Assembly (NCBI GenBank): GCA_016197405.1
Contig: JACPVR010000006.1
Location: 96,525-160,524, forward strand
Length of the DNA: 64,000 nucleotides
Reading direction: 5' to 3'
Source of the DNA: Mycobacterium sp.
Lineage (GTDB): Bacteria > Actinomycetota > Actinomycetes > Mycobacteriales > Mycobacteriaceae
Made by a program: the position numbers and the translations under genes. The notes beneath the pieces were generated by a model. The model made no database searches and was not told the DNA's origin. It saw only the letters and a program-made list of their open reading frames with translations. This document shows, one piece after another, positions 28,971-38,722 of the stretch. Positions within the stretch are counted from its first letter, which is position 1; the number at the start of each line of letters is the position of its first letter.

Positions 28971-29036
28971 TTTGATTCTCCAAGTTGCCGGGAATGGTTT
29001 TAAAACAATTTGCTGAATTTGCTCACAAATACGTTT

Positions 29037-29321
29037 CTACGTAGTCGTGAGCCCTGTCTGCGCACCGCGGGCCCCACGCTGTGCGGCGCGGCGCTGCCAT
29101 AGGAAAATGGTGGTGCCCAGCACCCCGGTGCCCAGGCCTGCAATGCTGACCGGGCGCCAGCTCTCCAGCTCGGGGATCACGAAGGCGGCGATTGTGGCGA
29201 CTAACCAGCCCACGGCCCCGACAACGATTACGCGCCACGGCTCCAGCAGGCCGGCGGGCAAGGGCGGCGGCGTCACCGGCGCGCTCGGGCCGGGAGGAGT
29301 GTCAGAGGACTCGGGAGGCAT
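29037..29321 (-). CDS. small membrane protein (DUF2530, Rv0879c-like)
   Basis: The start is set at ATG 29321 (MPPESSDTPPG...). There are two TM segments, VIVVGAVGWLVATIAAFVI and IAGLGTGVLGTTIFLW. The upstream part of track ORF 29037..29564 has no coding character. Confidence 0.7.
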   Translation of the reverse strand: MPPESSDTPPGPSAPVTPPPLPAGLLEPWRVIVVGAVGWLVATIAAFVIPELESWRPVSIAGLGTGVLGTTIFLWQRRAAQRGARGAQTGLTTT

Positions 29322-29413
29322 ATGCCGCCCAACCTTACCGATGACGGTCTCGCCGAGTCGCTGTCTCCCGGTTGCTGGGTACTGATGCCGAATTATGTCG
29401 TATTGTTTGCTTC

Positions 29414-29845
29414 GTGAAAGAGGTCGAAAATCAGCTTGCCAGCGACCTGTCACTTGCGGTCGTTCGGCTGGCTCGCCAATTGCGCTTCCGGCGCGTGGAA
29501 TCGCCGATCTCGTTGACGCAATTGTCGGCCCTTTTGACGCTGCACAAGGAGGGGTCGATGACACCTGGCGGGCTCGCGCTACGCGAACGCGTCCGGCCGC
29601 CGTCGATGACGCGGGTGATCACATCGCTTGCCGAACTCGGGCTCGTGGAGCGGTCGGCGCACCCCGTCGACGGGCGCCAGGTGGTGGTGTCGGTATCCGA
29701 TGCGGGTCTCGGATTGATCGAGGCCGAACGGCGGGCCAGCCAGGAGTGGCTGCGTCGCCGGCTGTCCGAGCTCAACCGCGACGAGCGGGCCACGCTGTTA
29801 CGTGCCGCGGATCTGATGTCCGCATTGGTCGACGAAAGCGTCTGA
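29414..29845 (+). CDS. MarR-family transcriptional regulator (Rv0880-like)
   Basis: The winged HTH is [47 protein letters not shown]...[16 protein letters not shown] 29414 gives 143 aa; the track ORF starts at 29372. Confidence 0.8.
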   Translation: MKEVENQLASDLSLAVVRLARQLRFRRVESPISLTQLSALLTLHKEGSMTPGGLALRERVRPPSMTRVITSLAELGLVERSAHPVDGRQVVVSVSDAGLGLIEAERRASQEWLRRRLSELNRDERATLLRAADLMSALVDESV

Positions 29846-29863
29846 CCTCTAGCATCACAGCGC

Positions 29864-30676
29864 GTGATCTCCAACGTCATCGACATCGATGATCCCGCCG
29901 ATACCCGGCTCGACGATTTCCGCGATCTCAACAGCATCGACCGACGTCCCGACCTGCCCAGCGGCAAGGGTTTGGTCATCGCCGAGGGCGTGCTGGTCGT
30001 CGAGCGGATGGCGGCCTCCCGATTCACCCCGCATGCGTTGCTCGGCAACGAACGGCGCCGCGCTGAACTCGACGCGGCAGGCGTCACCGTCGATGCGCCG
30101 TACTACCGGGTGGTCCCCGAGGTGATGGCCGAGGTGGTCGGTTTCCATCTGAACCGCGGTGTGCTGGCCGCGGCGCGCCGCCCGCCGGAGCTCAGCCCTG
30201 CCGACATCATCGACTCCGCACGGACCGTGGTGGTGCTCGAAGGTGTCAACGACCACGAGAACCTGGGGTCGATATTCCGCAATGCCGCGGGCCTGGGAGT
30301 GGACGCGGTGCTGTTCGGGACGGGCTGCGCGGATCCGCTGTATCGGCGCGCGGTGCGGGTGTCGATGGGGCACGCGCTGTTGGTGCCGTTCGCCCGAACG
30401 GTGCGCTGGCCCGGGGATCTGGACATGTTGCGCGATAACGGCTTCCGGATCGTCGCGATGACGCCGGACCCGGCGGCCGCGGCGCTGGCGGAGGCGATTC
30501 CGACGCTGGGCGGCGACCGGCTGGCCATTCTGGTCGGCGCCGAGGGACCCGGCCTCACGGAGACCGCCATGCGTTCCAGTGATCTGCGAGTGCGCATCCC
30601 GATGTCACGTGGCACCGACTCGCTCAACGTCGCCACCGCCGCGGCACTGGCCTTCTACGAGCGCGCCAGAACGTAG
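29864..30676 (+). CDS. TrmH/SpoU-family RNA 2'-O-methyltransferase
   Basis: The SpoU motifs are VVLEGVNDHENLGSIFRNAAGLG, ILVGAEGPGLT and IPMSRGTDSLNVATAAALAFYE. Confidence 0.85.
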   Translation: MISNVIDIDDPADTRLDDFRDLNSIDRRPDLPSGKGLVIAEGVLVVERMAASRFTPHALLGNERRRAELDAAGVTVDAPYYRVVPEVMAEVVGFHLNRGVLAAARRPPELSPADIIDSARTVVVLEGVNDHENLGSIFRNAAGLGVDAVLFGTGCADPLYRRAVRVSMGHALLVPFARTVRWPGDLDMLRDNGFRIVAMTPDPAAAALAEAIPTLGGDRLAILVGAEGPGLTETAMRSSDLRVRIPMSRGTDSLNVATAAALAFYERART

Positions 30677-30677
30677 G

Positions 30678-30789
30678 GCTCGCTCCTCAGGCCCTCGTTC
30701 CTCGGGCCCTCGTCGACTCGCTAGGGCGGATTGCTCGCTCCTCAGGCCCTCGTTCCTCGGGCCCTCGTCGACTCGCTAGGCTCGCGCCG
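30678..30789. repeat. tandem repeat, 2 copies x 55 bp (MIRU-like family)
   Basis: GCTCGCTCCTCAGGCCCTCGTTCCTCGGGCCCTCGTCGACTCGCTAGG occurs at 30678 and again at 30733, and a third copy begins (GCTCGCGCC). It fills the trmH / DUF2537 spacer. Confidence 0.85.
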
Positions 30790-31067
30790 TGACCGAGGAA
30801 TCCACGCCCTGGGGAACCGGGCTCACGACGGCCGCGTTCTGCGCCGTGGTGATCGGTGGCGCAATCGTGGTCTTGAGCCTCGGTCTGGTGCGTGTGCACC
30901 CGTTGCTCGCGGTGGGCCTGAACCTGGTGGCCGTCGGAGGTCTGGCGCCGACGGTGTGGGGCTGGCGCAAGACACCGGTACTGCGATGGTTTGTACTGGG
31001 CTCGGGTGTGGGCGTCGCGGTGGCCTGGACCGCGCTACTCGCCATGGGTGCGTCCGGATTGACGTGA
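30789..31067 (+). CDS. small membrane protein (DUF2537, Rv0882-like)
   Basis: A 92-aa protein with three hydrophobic helices (AAFCAVVIGGAIVVLSLGLV, LLAVGLNLVAVGGLAPTVWGW, FVLGSGVGVAVAWTALLAMG). The start is GTG. Confidence 0.65.
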   Translation: MTEESTPWGTGLTTAAFCAVVIGGAIVVLSLGLVRVHPLLAVGLNLVAVGGLAPTVWGWRKTPVLRWFVLGSGVGVAVAWTALLAMGASGLT

Positions 31068-31111
31068 CGGGCGCCCGTCACCGGGCGTGACGGCCCTGCA
31101 GGTCTCTCGGC

Positions 31112-31924
31112 TCAGCGGTCGCCGCTGGAACGAACGCCCAGCAGGACGTCCTCCCAGGCCGGCACCGTCGGCTTGACGCGCTTGCTGCTGCGTCGTGCCG
31201 CAGGGGCGGGGGCCGGTTCCGGTGCGGGCTCGGGTTCCGGGGCCGACACCGTGGGCTGGTCCGCCAGGTCGATCTCTTCGGGCTCGGGCGCGGTGAAGTC
31301 CAGCTGCGCGACGACGGCGACGGGGCGCAGCGGCCGGTCGAAGTTCGGGTCGATGAGCTCGCTGGCGGGGTCGTCGAGCGCGGTCACCGTGCCACCGTGG
31401 GCACCCGGGACGAACCGGAAATGCGCCACATTGTCCGAGCGGCCCGCTTTCCAGCCGACCTGAACAGCCCATCGGCCGTCCTCGGTGCGCCAGGCGTCCC
31501 ACTGCGTCTGGTCCGGGTCGAGGCCGCGCGCGACCAGCACAGTGGTGATCGTCTCCAGCAGCGTCAGCACCGACGGGCCGTCAGCGAGCACCGGATGCGC
31601 GGCCGTGGCCAGTTCGGCGGCGCGGGACCGCTCCAACAGCACCGGATGGGCGAAGCGCTCGATGCGGGATACGTCGACACCGGAAGACTTGGCCAACTGC
31701 TCGACGGATGCGCCGGCGCGGATCCGCGCCTGGATTTCCCTGGGTCGCAGCACGTTCTTGACCTCGACATCGATCTGGGTTTGGTTGATCCGGCCGGCGT
31801 CGCCACGGACGGCGGCACGCAGCTGGTCGTCAACCCGCAACCGGAACTTCTCCGAGGTGTCTTTGCCCTCGCAGAGAATGTGCTTGCCGTCGACTTCGAG
31901 TCCGACCACCTTCAGATCCCGCAT
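31112..31924 (-). CDS. sepH: septation protein SepH (DUF3071, Rv0883c-like)
   Basis: It has MRDLKVVGLEVDGKHILCEG..EKFRLRVDDQLRAAVRGD and an HTH-like segment REIQARIRAGASVEQLAKSSGV. The C-terminus is disordered and Pro/Ala-rich with a basic end. Confidence 0.8.
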   Translation of the reverse strand: MRDLKVVGLEVDGKHILCEGKDTSEKFRLRVDDQLRAAVRGDAGRINQTQIDVEVKNVLRPREIQARIRAGASVEQLAKSSGVDVSRIERFAHPVLLERSRAAELATAAHPVLADGPSVLTLLETITTVLVARGLDPDQTQWDAWRTEDGRWAVQVGWKAGRSDNVAHFRFVPGAHGGTVTALDDPASELIDPNFDRPLRPVAVVAQLDFTAPEPEEIDLADQPTVSAPEPEPAPEPAPAPAARRSSKRVKPTVPAWEDVLLGVRSSGDR

Positions 31925-32070
31925 GTCGACCTCCTTGGGGCTACGACTTCGTGCCCGATCAGTGGCACGTTACGCGTTCGTGACCGATAAACCGGGGTTG
32001 ACACGCGGGCCCAGGGCCAGCAGTTTTGGCATTTCGGCGATCGACTCGGCGCCGACCGTGCCGGCCAGGG

Positions 32071-33303
<1,233 letters not shown>

Positions 33304-33340
33304 CTAGATGTAAACCTACCGAACTGTTGGAGGTATGGGA

Positions 33341-34396
33341 ATGGCTCGCACCAAGGTGATCCGTCGCTGGCGACGCAATATGGAAGTGCGTGACGACCAG
33401 CCATACGTCGACATGCTGACCACCCTGTCCGAGGGGTCGGTGCGCAGGAACTTCAATCCGTACACCGATATCAATTGGGACTCACCGGAATTCGCGGTCA
33501 TCCCGAATGATCCGCGCTGGGTGTTGCCCTCGACCGATCCGATCGGCCGCCACCCCTGGTATCAGGCTCAACCGCTGGAGCGCCAGATCGAGATCGGTAT
33601 GTGGCGCCAGGCCAATGTGGCCAAGGTCGGTCTGCACTTCGAGTCGATCCTGATCCGCGGTCTGATGAACTACGCGTTCTGGGTGCCCAACGGCTCGCCC
33701 GAGTACCGGTACTGCCTGCACGAGTCGGTCGAAGAGTGCAACCACACCATGATGTTCCAGGAGATGGTGAACCGTATCGGTGCCGATGTGCCCGGTATGC
33801 CGCGCATCCTCAAATGGCTCTCGCAGCTCATCCCGCTGGCCGCTGGCCCGCTGCCGGTGACCTTCTTCTTCGGCGTACTGGCGGGCGAGGAGCCCATCGA
33901 CCACACCCAGAAGAACGTGCTGCGCGAGGGTAAGGCCCTGCACCCGATCATGGAACGCGTGATGGCGATCCACGTGGCCGAGGAAGCGCGGCACATCTCC
34001 TTCGCGCACGAATACCTGCGCAAGCGGGTGCCCAATATGCCTACGCGCAAGCGCTTCCTGCTGTCGTTGCACGTTCCGATCATCATGCGGGTGTTGTGCC
34101 AGGCGATCGTGGTTCCGCCGCGCGCCTTCTGGAAGGAATTCGACATTCCGCGCTCGGTCAAGAAGGAACTTTTCTTCCGGTCGCCGGAGTCGCGGCAGTT
34201 CCTGCGCGACATGTTCGGTGACGTGCGCATGCTGTGCCACGACACCGGTCTGATGAATCCCGCCGCCAAGGTGATGTGGCGACTGTGCAAGATCAACGGT
34301 GACCCGTCGCGTTACCGCAGCGAGCCGCAGCGTCAGCATCTGCCCTCGGCGGCCCCCAGCTCCCTGCAGCCGGTGGCCGAGAGCGTGCCTGCCTAG
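33341..34396 (+). CDS. diiron oxygenase family protein (AurF-like fold, Rv0885-like)
   Basis: It has ExxH-type metal motifs: HESVEECNHTMMFQE, AGEEPIDHTQ and HVAEEARHISFAHE. ATG 33341 lies 8 nt after GGAGG; ATG 33335 is also possible. Confidence 0.7.
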   Translation: MARTKVIRRWRRNMEVRDDQPYVDMLTTLSEGSVRRNFNPYTDINWDSPEFAVIPNDPRWVLPSTDPIGRHPWYQAQPLERQIEIGMWRQANVAKVGLHFESILIRGLMNYAFWVPNGSPEYRYCLHESVEECNHTMMFQEMVNRIGADVPGMPRILKWLSQLIPLAAGPLPVTFFFGVLAGEEPIDHTQKNVLREGKALHPIMERVMAIHVAEEARHISFAHEYLRKRVPNMPTRKRFLLSLHVPIIMRVLCQAIVVPPRAFWKEFDIPRSVKKELFFRSPESRQFLRDMFGDVRMLCHDTGLMNPAAKVMWRLCKINGDPSRYRSEPQRQHLPSAAPSSLQPVAESVPA

Positions 34397-34400
34397 CGTC

Positions 34401-36080
34401 ATGCCACACGTCATCACCCAGTCGTGTTGCAGCGACGGGTCCTGTGTTTTCGCATGCCCGGTGAACTGCATCCACCCGTCACCGGATGAGCCCGGCTTCG
34501 CGACCGCGGAGATGCTCTACATCGATCCCGACGCGTGCGTCGACTGCGGTGCGTGTGTCAGCGCCTGCCCGGTCGGTGCCATCGCACCGGTCAGCAAGCT
34601 GGCACCGGAACAGTTGCCGTTCGTCGAGCTCAACGCGGCCTTCTACCCGGCGCGGCCGGCGGGCGAGAAGCTGCCGCCGACGTCCAAGCTGGCGCCGGTG
34701 ATCCCGGCTCCGGCTGTCCGCCAGGGCGGTCGGCCGCTGACGGTGGCGATCGTCGGATCGGGACCGGCGGCGATGTACGCCGCCGACGAGCTGCTCACCC
34801 AGCACGGGGTGCGGGTCAACATGTTCGAAAAGCTGCCCACCCCTTACGGATTGGTGCGGGCCGGCGTCGCCCCCGATCACCAGAGCACCAAGCGGGTCAC
34901 CCGGCTCTTCGATCGGATCGCCGGCCGGCGCGGTTTCACGTTCTATCTCAACGTCGAGGTCGGCAAGCATCTGGGCCATGCCGAGTTGCTCGAACATCAC
35001 CACGCGGTGCTCTATGCGGTAGGTGCGCCCAACGACCGCCGTCTCGAGGTCGAGGGCATGGGCCTGCCCGGCACCGGGACCGCCACCGAGATGGTGGCGT
35101 GGATCAACGGTCATCCCGACTACACCGCGTTGCCGGTCGACCTGAGCTGCGAGCGCGTCGTCATCGTGGGCAACGGCAACGTCGCCTTGGACGTGGCGCG
35201 CATCCTGACCACCGATCCCGACGATCTGGCCGAGACCGACATCGCCGATCACGCGCTGACGGCACTGCGTTCGTCGCAGGTCCGGGAAGTGGTCGTCGCC
35301 GCGCGTCGTGGCCCGGCGGAGTCGGCGTTCACGCTGCCGGAGCTGATAGGTCTGACCGCGAAGGTCGATGTGGTGCTCGACGCCGCCGACCACGCACTGG
35401 TACAGCGTGACCTCGCTGTCGTGACAGATCCGTTGACCCGCAACAAGTTGGAGATCTTGGCCAAGCTCGGCGACGCGTCGGCGCCGGCGAGCCGGCCCCG
35501 GATCCGGCTGGCCTACCGGATGACGCCGACGGGTGTCAGCGGATCGGAACGCGCTGACGGCCTGAGATTCACCGTGACCGGCACCGACGAGGCCGCGACG
35601 ATCACGGCGGGACTGGTGCTCACCTCGATCGGATACCGCGGCAAGCCAATTCGCGACCTGCCTTTCGACGACGTCACCGCGGTGGTGCCCAACGAGGGCG
35701 GACGGGTGATCGATCCGGCCAGCGGGCGGGTGCCCGGCGCGTATGTCGCGGGTTGGATCAAGCGCGGCCCGACCGGTTTTATCGGCACCAACAAATCCTG
35801 TGCGCTGCAGACCATCCAGGAACTGGTAGCCGATTTCAACCGCGGCCTGCTCGTCGAGCCGCGCCACCGCCACAGTGCGCTGGACCGGTTGGTGCGGGAC
35901 CGCCGTCCCGAGGTCGTCGACGCCGCCGGCTGGCAGGCCATCGACGCGGCCGAGATTGCCCGCGGTGCTGGTAAGCGGCCGCGGGACAAGTTCACCGACG
36001 TGGCCAGCATGCTTGCGGCGGCCGAATCTGCCCCCAAACCTACTGTGCGACAGCGGCTTCTGGCGGGTCTACGCAGCTGA
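34401..36080 (+). CDS. fprB: ferredoxin / ferredoxin-NADP+ reductase fusion FprB
   Basis: The N-terminal Fe-S motifs are CCSDGSCVFACPVNC and CVDCGACVSACPVGA. The FAD fold is VAIVGSGPAAMYAADEL and the NADPH fold is VVIVGNGNVALDVARIL. The start is ATG 34401. Confidence 0.9.
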   Translation: MPHVITQSCCSDGSCVFACPVNCIHPSPDEPGFATAEMLYIDPDACVDCGACVSACPVGAIAPVSKLAPEQLPFVELNAAFYPARPAGEKLPPTSKLAPVIPAPAVRQGGRPLTVAIVGSGPAAMYAADELLTQHGVRVNMFEKLPTPYGLVRAGVAPDHQSTKRVTRLFDRIAGRRGFTFYLNVEVGKHLGHAELLEHHHAVLYAVGAPNDRRLEVEGMGLPGTGTATEMVAWINGHPDYTALPVDLSCERVVIVGNGNVALDVARILTTDPDDLAETDIADHALTALRSSQVREVVVAARRGPAESAFTLPELIGLTAKVDVVLDAADHALVQRDLAVVTDPLTRNKLEILAKLGDASAPASRPRIRLAYRMTPTGVSGSERADGLRFTVTGTDEAATITAGLVLTSIGYRGKPIRDLPFDDVTAVVPNEGGRVIDPASGRVPGAYVAGWIKRGPTGFIGTNKSCALQTIQELVADFNRGLLVEPRHRHSALDRLVRDRRPEVVDAAGWQAIDAAEIARGAGKRPRDKFTDVASMLAAAESAPKPTVRQRLLAGLRS

Positions 36081-36878
36081 TCACGGCGTACGGGCGGCGC
36101 GTGCGGTCCACCTGCCGTCGTCGTGGCGTACTTCGATGGGGTGGGCGAACGCCCTCGAGATGTTCGGCGTGGTGATCACCGAGCCCGCCGCCCCCTGCGC
36201 GACAACGCGGCCGTCGGCGATCAGCAGCGCATGCGATGTGGTTGTCGGCAGCTCTTCGAGGTGATGCGTCACCAGAATCGACGCCAGCTCGGGATGCTCC
36301 GCGCCGAGGCCGTCGATGGTCGCCAGAAGTTGTTCGCGCGCAGCGACATCCAGGCCGGTCGAAGGTTCGTCGAGCAGCAGCAGCCGGGGTTGGCAGACCA
36401 GCGCGCGAGCGATCAGTGCGCGTCCCCGCTCGCCCTGGGACAGTGTCGGCCAGCGGTCGTCGGCGCGACTGGTCATCCCCACCGTCGCGATCAAGGCCTC
36501 CACGCGGTCGAGATCGTCAGGAGTGGGCTGCCAGCGGAACGGGATCTCGATGCTTCCGGTTATCCCGGTCAGCACGACTTCGCGCACCGTCAGCGGGCTC
36601 TGCAGCCGGTGCCGAGGATTGACGTGCCCAATGGTGCGTCGCAGTTGGGCCATGTCGACGCGGCCGAGACGCTCACCTAGGACGTAGACCGCACCGGTGG
36701 TGGGATGCGTTTCGGCGCCGCACATTCCGAGGATCGTGGTCTTGCCCGCACCGTTGGCGCCCAGTAGCGCCCACTGCTCGCCGGCATGTACTGCGAACGT
36801 GACGCCGTCGAGGATGCGCTTGCCGTTCCTGGTGAAGGTGACATCGCGCAATTCCAGGACGGTGTGGTCGGTGCTCAC
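36081..36878 (-). CDS. stand-alone ABC-type ATPase (no adjacent permease)
   Basis: It has Walker A GANGAGKTT, signature LSQGERGR and Walker B LLLLDEPSTGLD. Its stop codon abuts the fprB stop with zero spacer. Confidence 0.85.
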   Translation of the reverse strand: MSTDHTVLELRDVTFTRNGKRILDGVTFAVHAGEQWALLGANGAGKTTILGMCGAETHPTTGAVYVLGERLGRVDMAQLRRTIGHVNPRHRLQSPLTVREVVLTGITGSIEIPFRWQPTPDDLDRVEALIATVGMTSRADDRWPTLSQGERGRALIARALVCQPRLLLLDEPSTGLDVAAREQLLATIDGLGAEHPELASILVTHHLEELPTTTSHALLIADGRVVAQGAAGSVITTPNISRAFAHPIEVRHDDGRWTARAARTP

Positions 36879-37038
36879 GAGAAATCGACACTACCCGCGC
36901 ACCGATCACGTCTGCGAACGGCGGTGCAGCAGGATCCGCTGGCGCCGTGCGGACACATAGCTGGCACCCAGCTAAGAACGTTAGCCTTGCGAACAAGTCG
37001 GGGACTCGGTCGGGCATATGCTCAAAAGGAGATTCGCG

Positions 37039-37557
37039 ATGACACTGAAACCGTTGGTTGCCGGGGTGGCATTGGCAGCCGGTATGGGTGCGTTCACGCT
37101 GGGTCTGGGTTCCGGAACGGCTGTGGCGGCGCCAGGTTTCTGCCCGCCGAACGGCCAATGCCAGGGGCCGGGAAACGGCGGACCCGGCGGTCCACAAGGC
37201 GGTCCCCCGCAGGGCGGACCCCAAGGCGGACCAGGCGGCCCGCAAGGCTGGCCACAAGCCGGACCCGGTGGACCCGGCGGCCCGCAGGGCGGACCCCCGC
37301 CGAACTACGCTGGCCGGCCCGGCAATTGGGGACGCCCCGATGATGCACGCTGGCACGGTCAGGCGCCGCCGTGGGGCCAGGGCCCGGCACCCTGGGGCGC
37401 GGGTGGCCCGCCGCCGCCGGCCCACGGCCCGCTGCCCCCACCGTGGGGTCCACCACCGGCGCCGTTCGACTACTTCGGCCAGCGCGTGACCCCGGTGTTC
37501 GACCCGGGATTCAACAACTGGGGCTTCTGGTTCTTCGGTCTCTGGATCCCGCTGTGA
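37039..37557 (+). CDS. secreted Gly/Pro-rich protein with aromatic C-terminal segment, function unknown
   Basis: AAGGAGA precedes ATG 37039. The signal peptide is MTLKPLVAGVALAAGMGAFTLGLGSGTAVA/AP. It then has GGPQGGP-type repeats and the C-terminus FDPGFNNWGFWFFGLWIPL. Confidence 0.7.
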   Translation: MTLKPLVAGVALAAGMGAFTLGLGSGTAVAAPGFCPPNGQCQGPGNGGPGGPQGGPPQGGPQGGPGGPQGWPQAGPGGPGGPQGGPPPNYAGRPGNWGRPDDARWHGQAPPWGQGPAPWGAGGPPPPAHGPLPPPWGPPPAPFDYFGQRVTPVFDPGFNNWGFWFFGLWIPL

Positions 37558-37572
37558 TCGCCGCGGGGTGGG

Positions 37573-38031
37573 TCAGGAGGCGCCGCCCATCGCGGCCGTG
37601 ATCTCGTCCATGCTGACCTCGCGCACCTGCTCGCCCAGCGACCACTGGTGGCCGAACGGATCGGCCACCACGCCGTAGCGAGCACCCCAGAACTGGTCTT
37701 CCAGGGGGACCACCACGGTGGCGCCCGCATCGAGTGCCTGCTGGAACTTGGCGTCGACCCCGGTCACTTCGAGATGGATGGTGACCGGGGTGCCGCCCAG
37801 TGCGGTCGGTGTCATCGACTTGCCGCCGGACATCTCCGGGAAGTCGTCGTTGAGATATATCCAGGCGCCGTTGAGGTTCAGCGCTGCGTGTACCAGCTTG
37901 CCGTCGGGACCCGGAATGCGTCCCTGCTCAACGGCATCGAAGGCTTTGGTGTAGAAATCGATGGCCGCGGCCGCATCGGAGACGACGAGGTGCGGAATGA
38001 CGGTGGCGGGGGCGATGGTGTCTTGGGCCAT
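37573..38031 (-). CDS. VOC/glyoxalase-family protein (Rv0887c-like)
   Basis: The start is set at ATG 38031 (MAQDTIAPATVIPHLVVSDAAAAIDFYTKAF...), giving 152 aa. Confidence 0.8.
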   Translation of the reverse strand: MAQDTIAPATVIPHLVVSDAAAAIDFYTKAFDAVEQGRIPGPDGKLVHAALNLNGAWIYLNDDFPEMSGGKSMTPTALGGTPVTIHLEVTGVDAKFQQALDAGATVVVPLEDQFWGARYGVVADPFGHQWSLGEQVREVSMDEITAAMGGAS

Positions 38032-38102
38032 GACGGTCTCCTTTGAGGTCGGATTACAGATGTTTCGACCGGCGCGACCGCGAAATCTCATCGCGGTCGT
38101 GC

Positions 38103-38720
38103 CTAGACCACCGAGAACCCGGGCGGCAGGGCGGCACGTCCGGTCAGTGCGTCGAGTACCGAGACGCCGTCGCCCAGCGCGACGGCGGTATGCGCGGCCA
38201 GGGTGGTGGCGGCCTGGAGCACCTCGACGGGCAGCTGTAGTTCGATCCCGGTGGCCCGCGCGATGTCGAGACCGTGCACGGCGAGCTCGAAGGTCCGGGT
38301 CGGCAAGTAGGTGTGCAGCCGGATGCCGAGGCCACCGATCACCGTGATCAACGGATCGTCGACACCGGCGATATCGGTCAGTGCCCGGTCCACCAGAGCG
38401 TCGACCGTCGTTGCCGGATCGGCGCCGAGATCGCGGCCCGCCTGCCTGCCTCGCTCGATGATGTCACCGGCGCCCAGGCCTGCGGCCACCCCGCGGATCG
38501 CCACGTAGTAGCCCGCAGCGCTGGTGATGTCCTCGTGGCTTGCCGTCGTCTGCAGATAGCTGCTCACCGTGATCAGGGAACGCGATGTGTGTCCGACGAG
38601 CGCGCGCAGGTCCCACTCGCCGAGGCCCGGTGCGTCCCAGTCGGAGATCTGGCCGACGAGCTCGGCGAAAGTCCTTGCAGCGGTGGCGAATATCGAGGCC
38701 GCGTAATCCATGTCGGGCAT
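38103..38720 (-). CDS. DinB-fold, mycothiol-dependent maleylpyruvate-isomerase-family protein
   Basis: Only the last 205 codons of track ORF 38103..39686 are coding (MPDMDYAASIFATAARTFAELV...WDLRALVGHTSRS). The ATG 38720 lies 2 nt after the citA stop. Confidence 0.75.
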   Translation of the reverse strand: MPDMDYAASIFATAARTFAELVGQISDWDAPGLGEWDLRALVGHTSRSLITVSSYLQTTASHEDITSAAGYYVAIRGVAAGLGAGDIIERGRQAGRDLGADPATTVDALVDRALTDIAGVDDPLITVIGGLGIRLHTYLPTRTFELAVHGLDIARATGIELQLPVEVLQAATTLAAHTAVALGDGVSVLDALTGRAALPPGFSVV

Positions 38721-38722
38721 GT

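Noticed and set aside
36958-36990. Possible KstR-type operator near GCTAAGAACGTTAGC upstream of the Gly/Pro-rich protein gene
   Set aside because: The palindrome lacks the central spacing of the TnnAACnnGTTnnA motif, and only 5-nt arms match. This is too weak to call.
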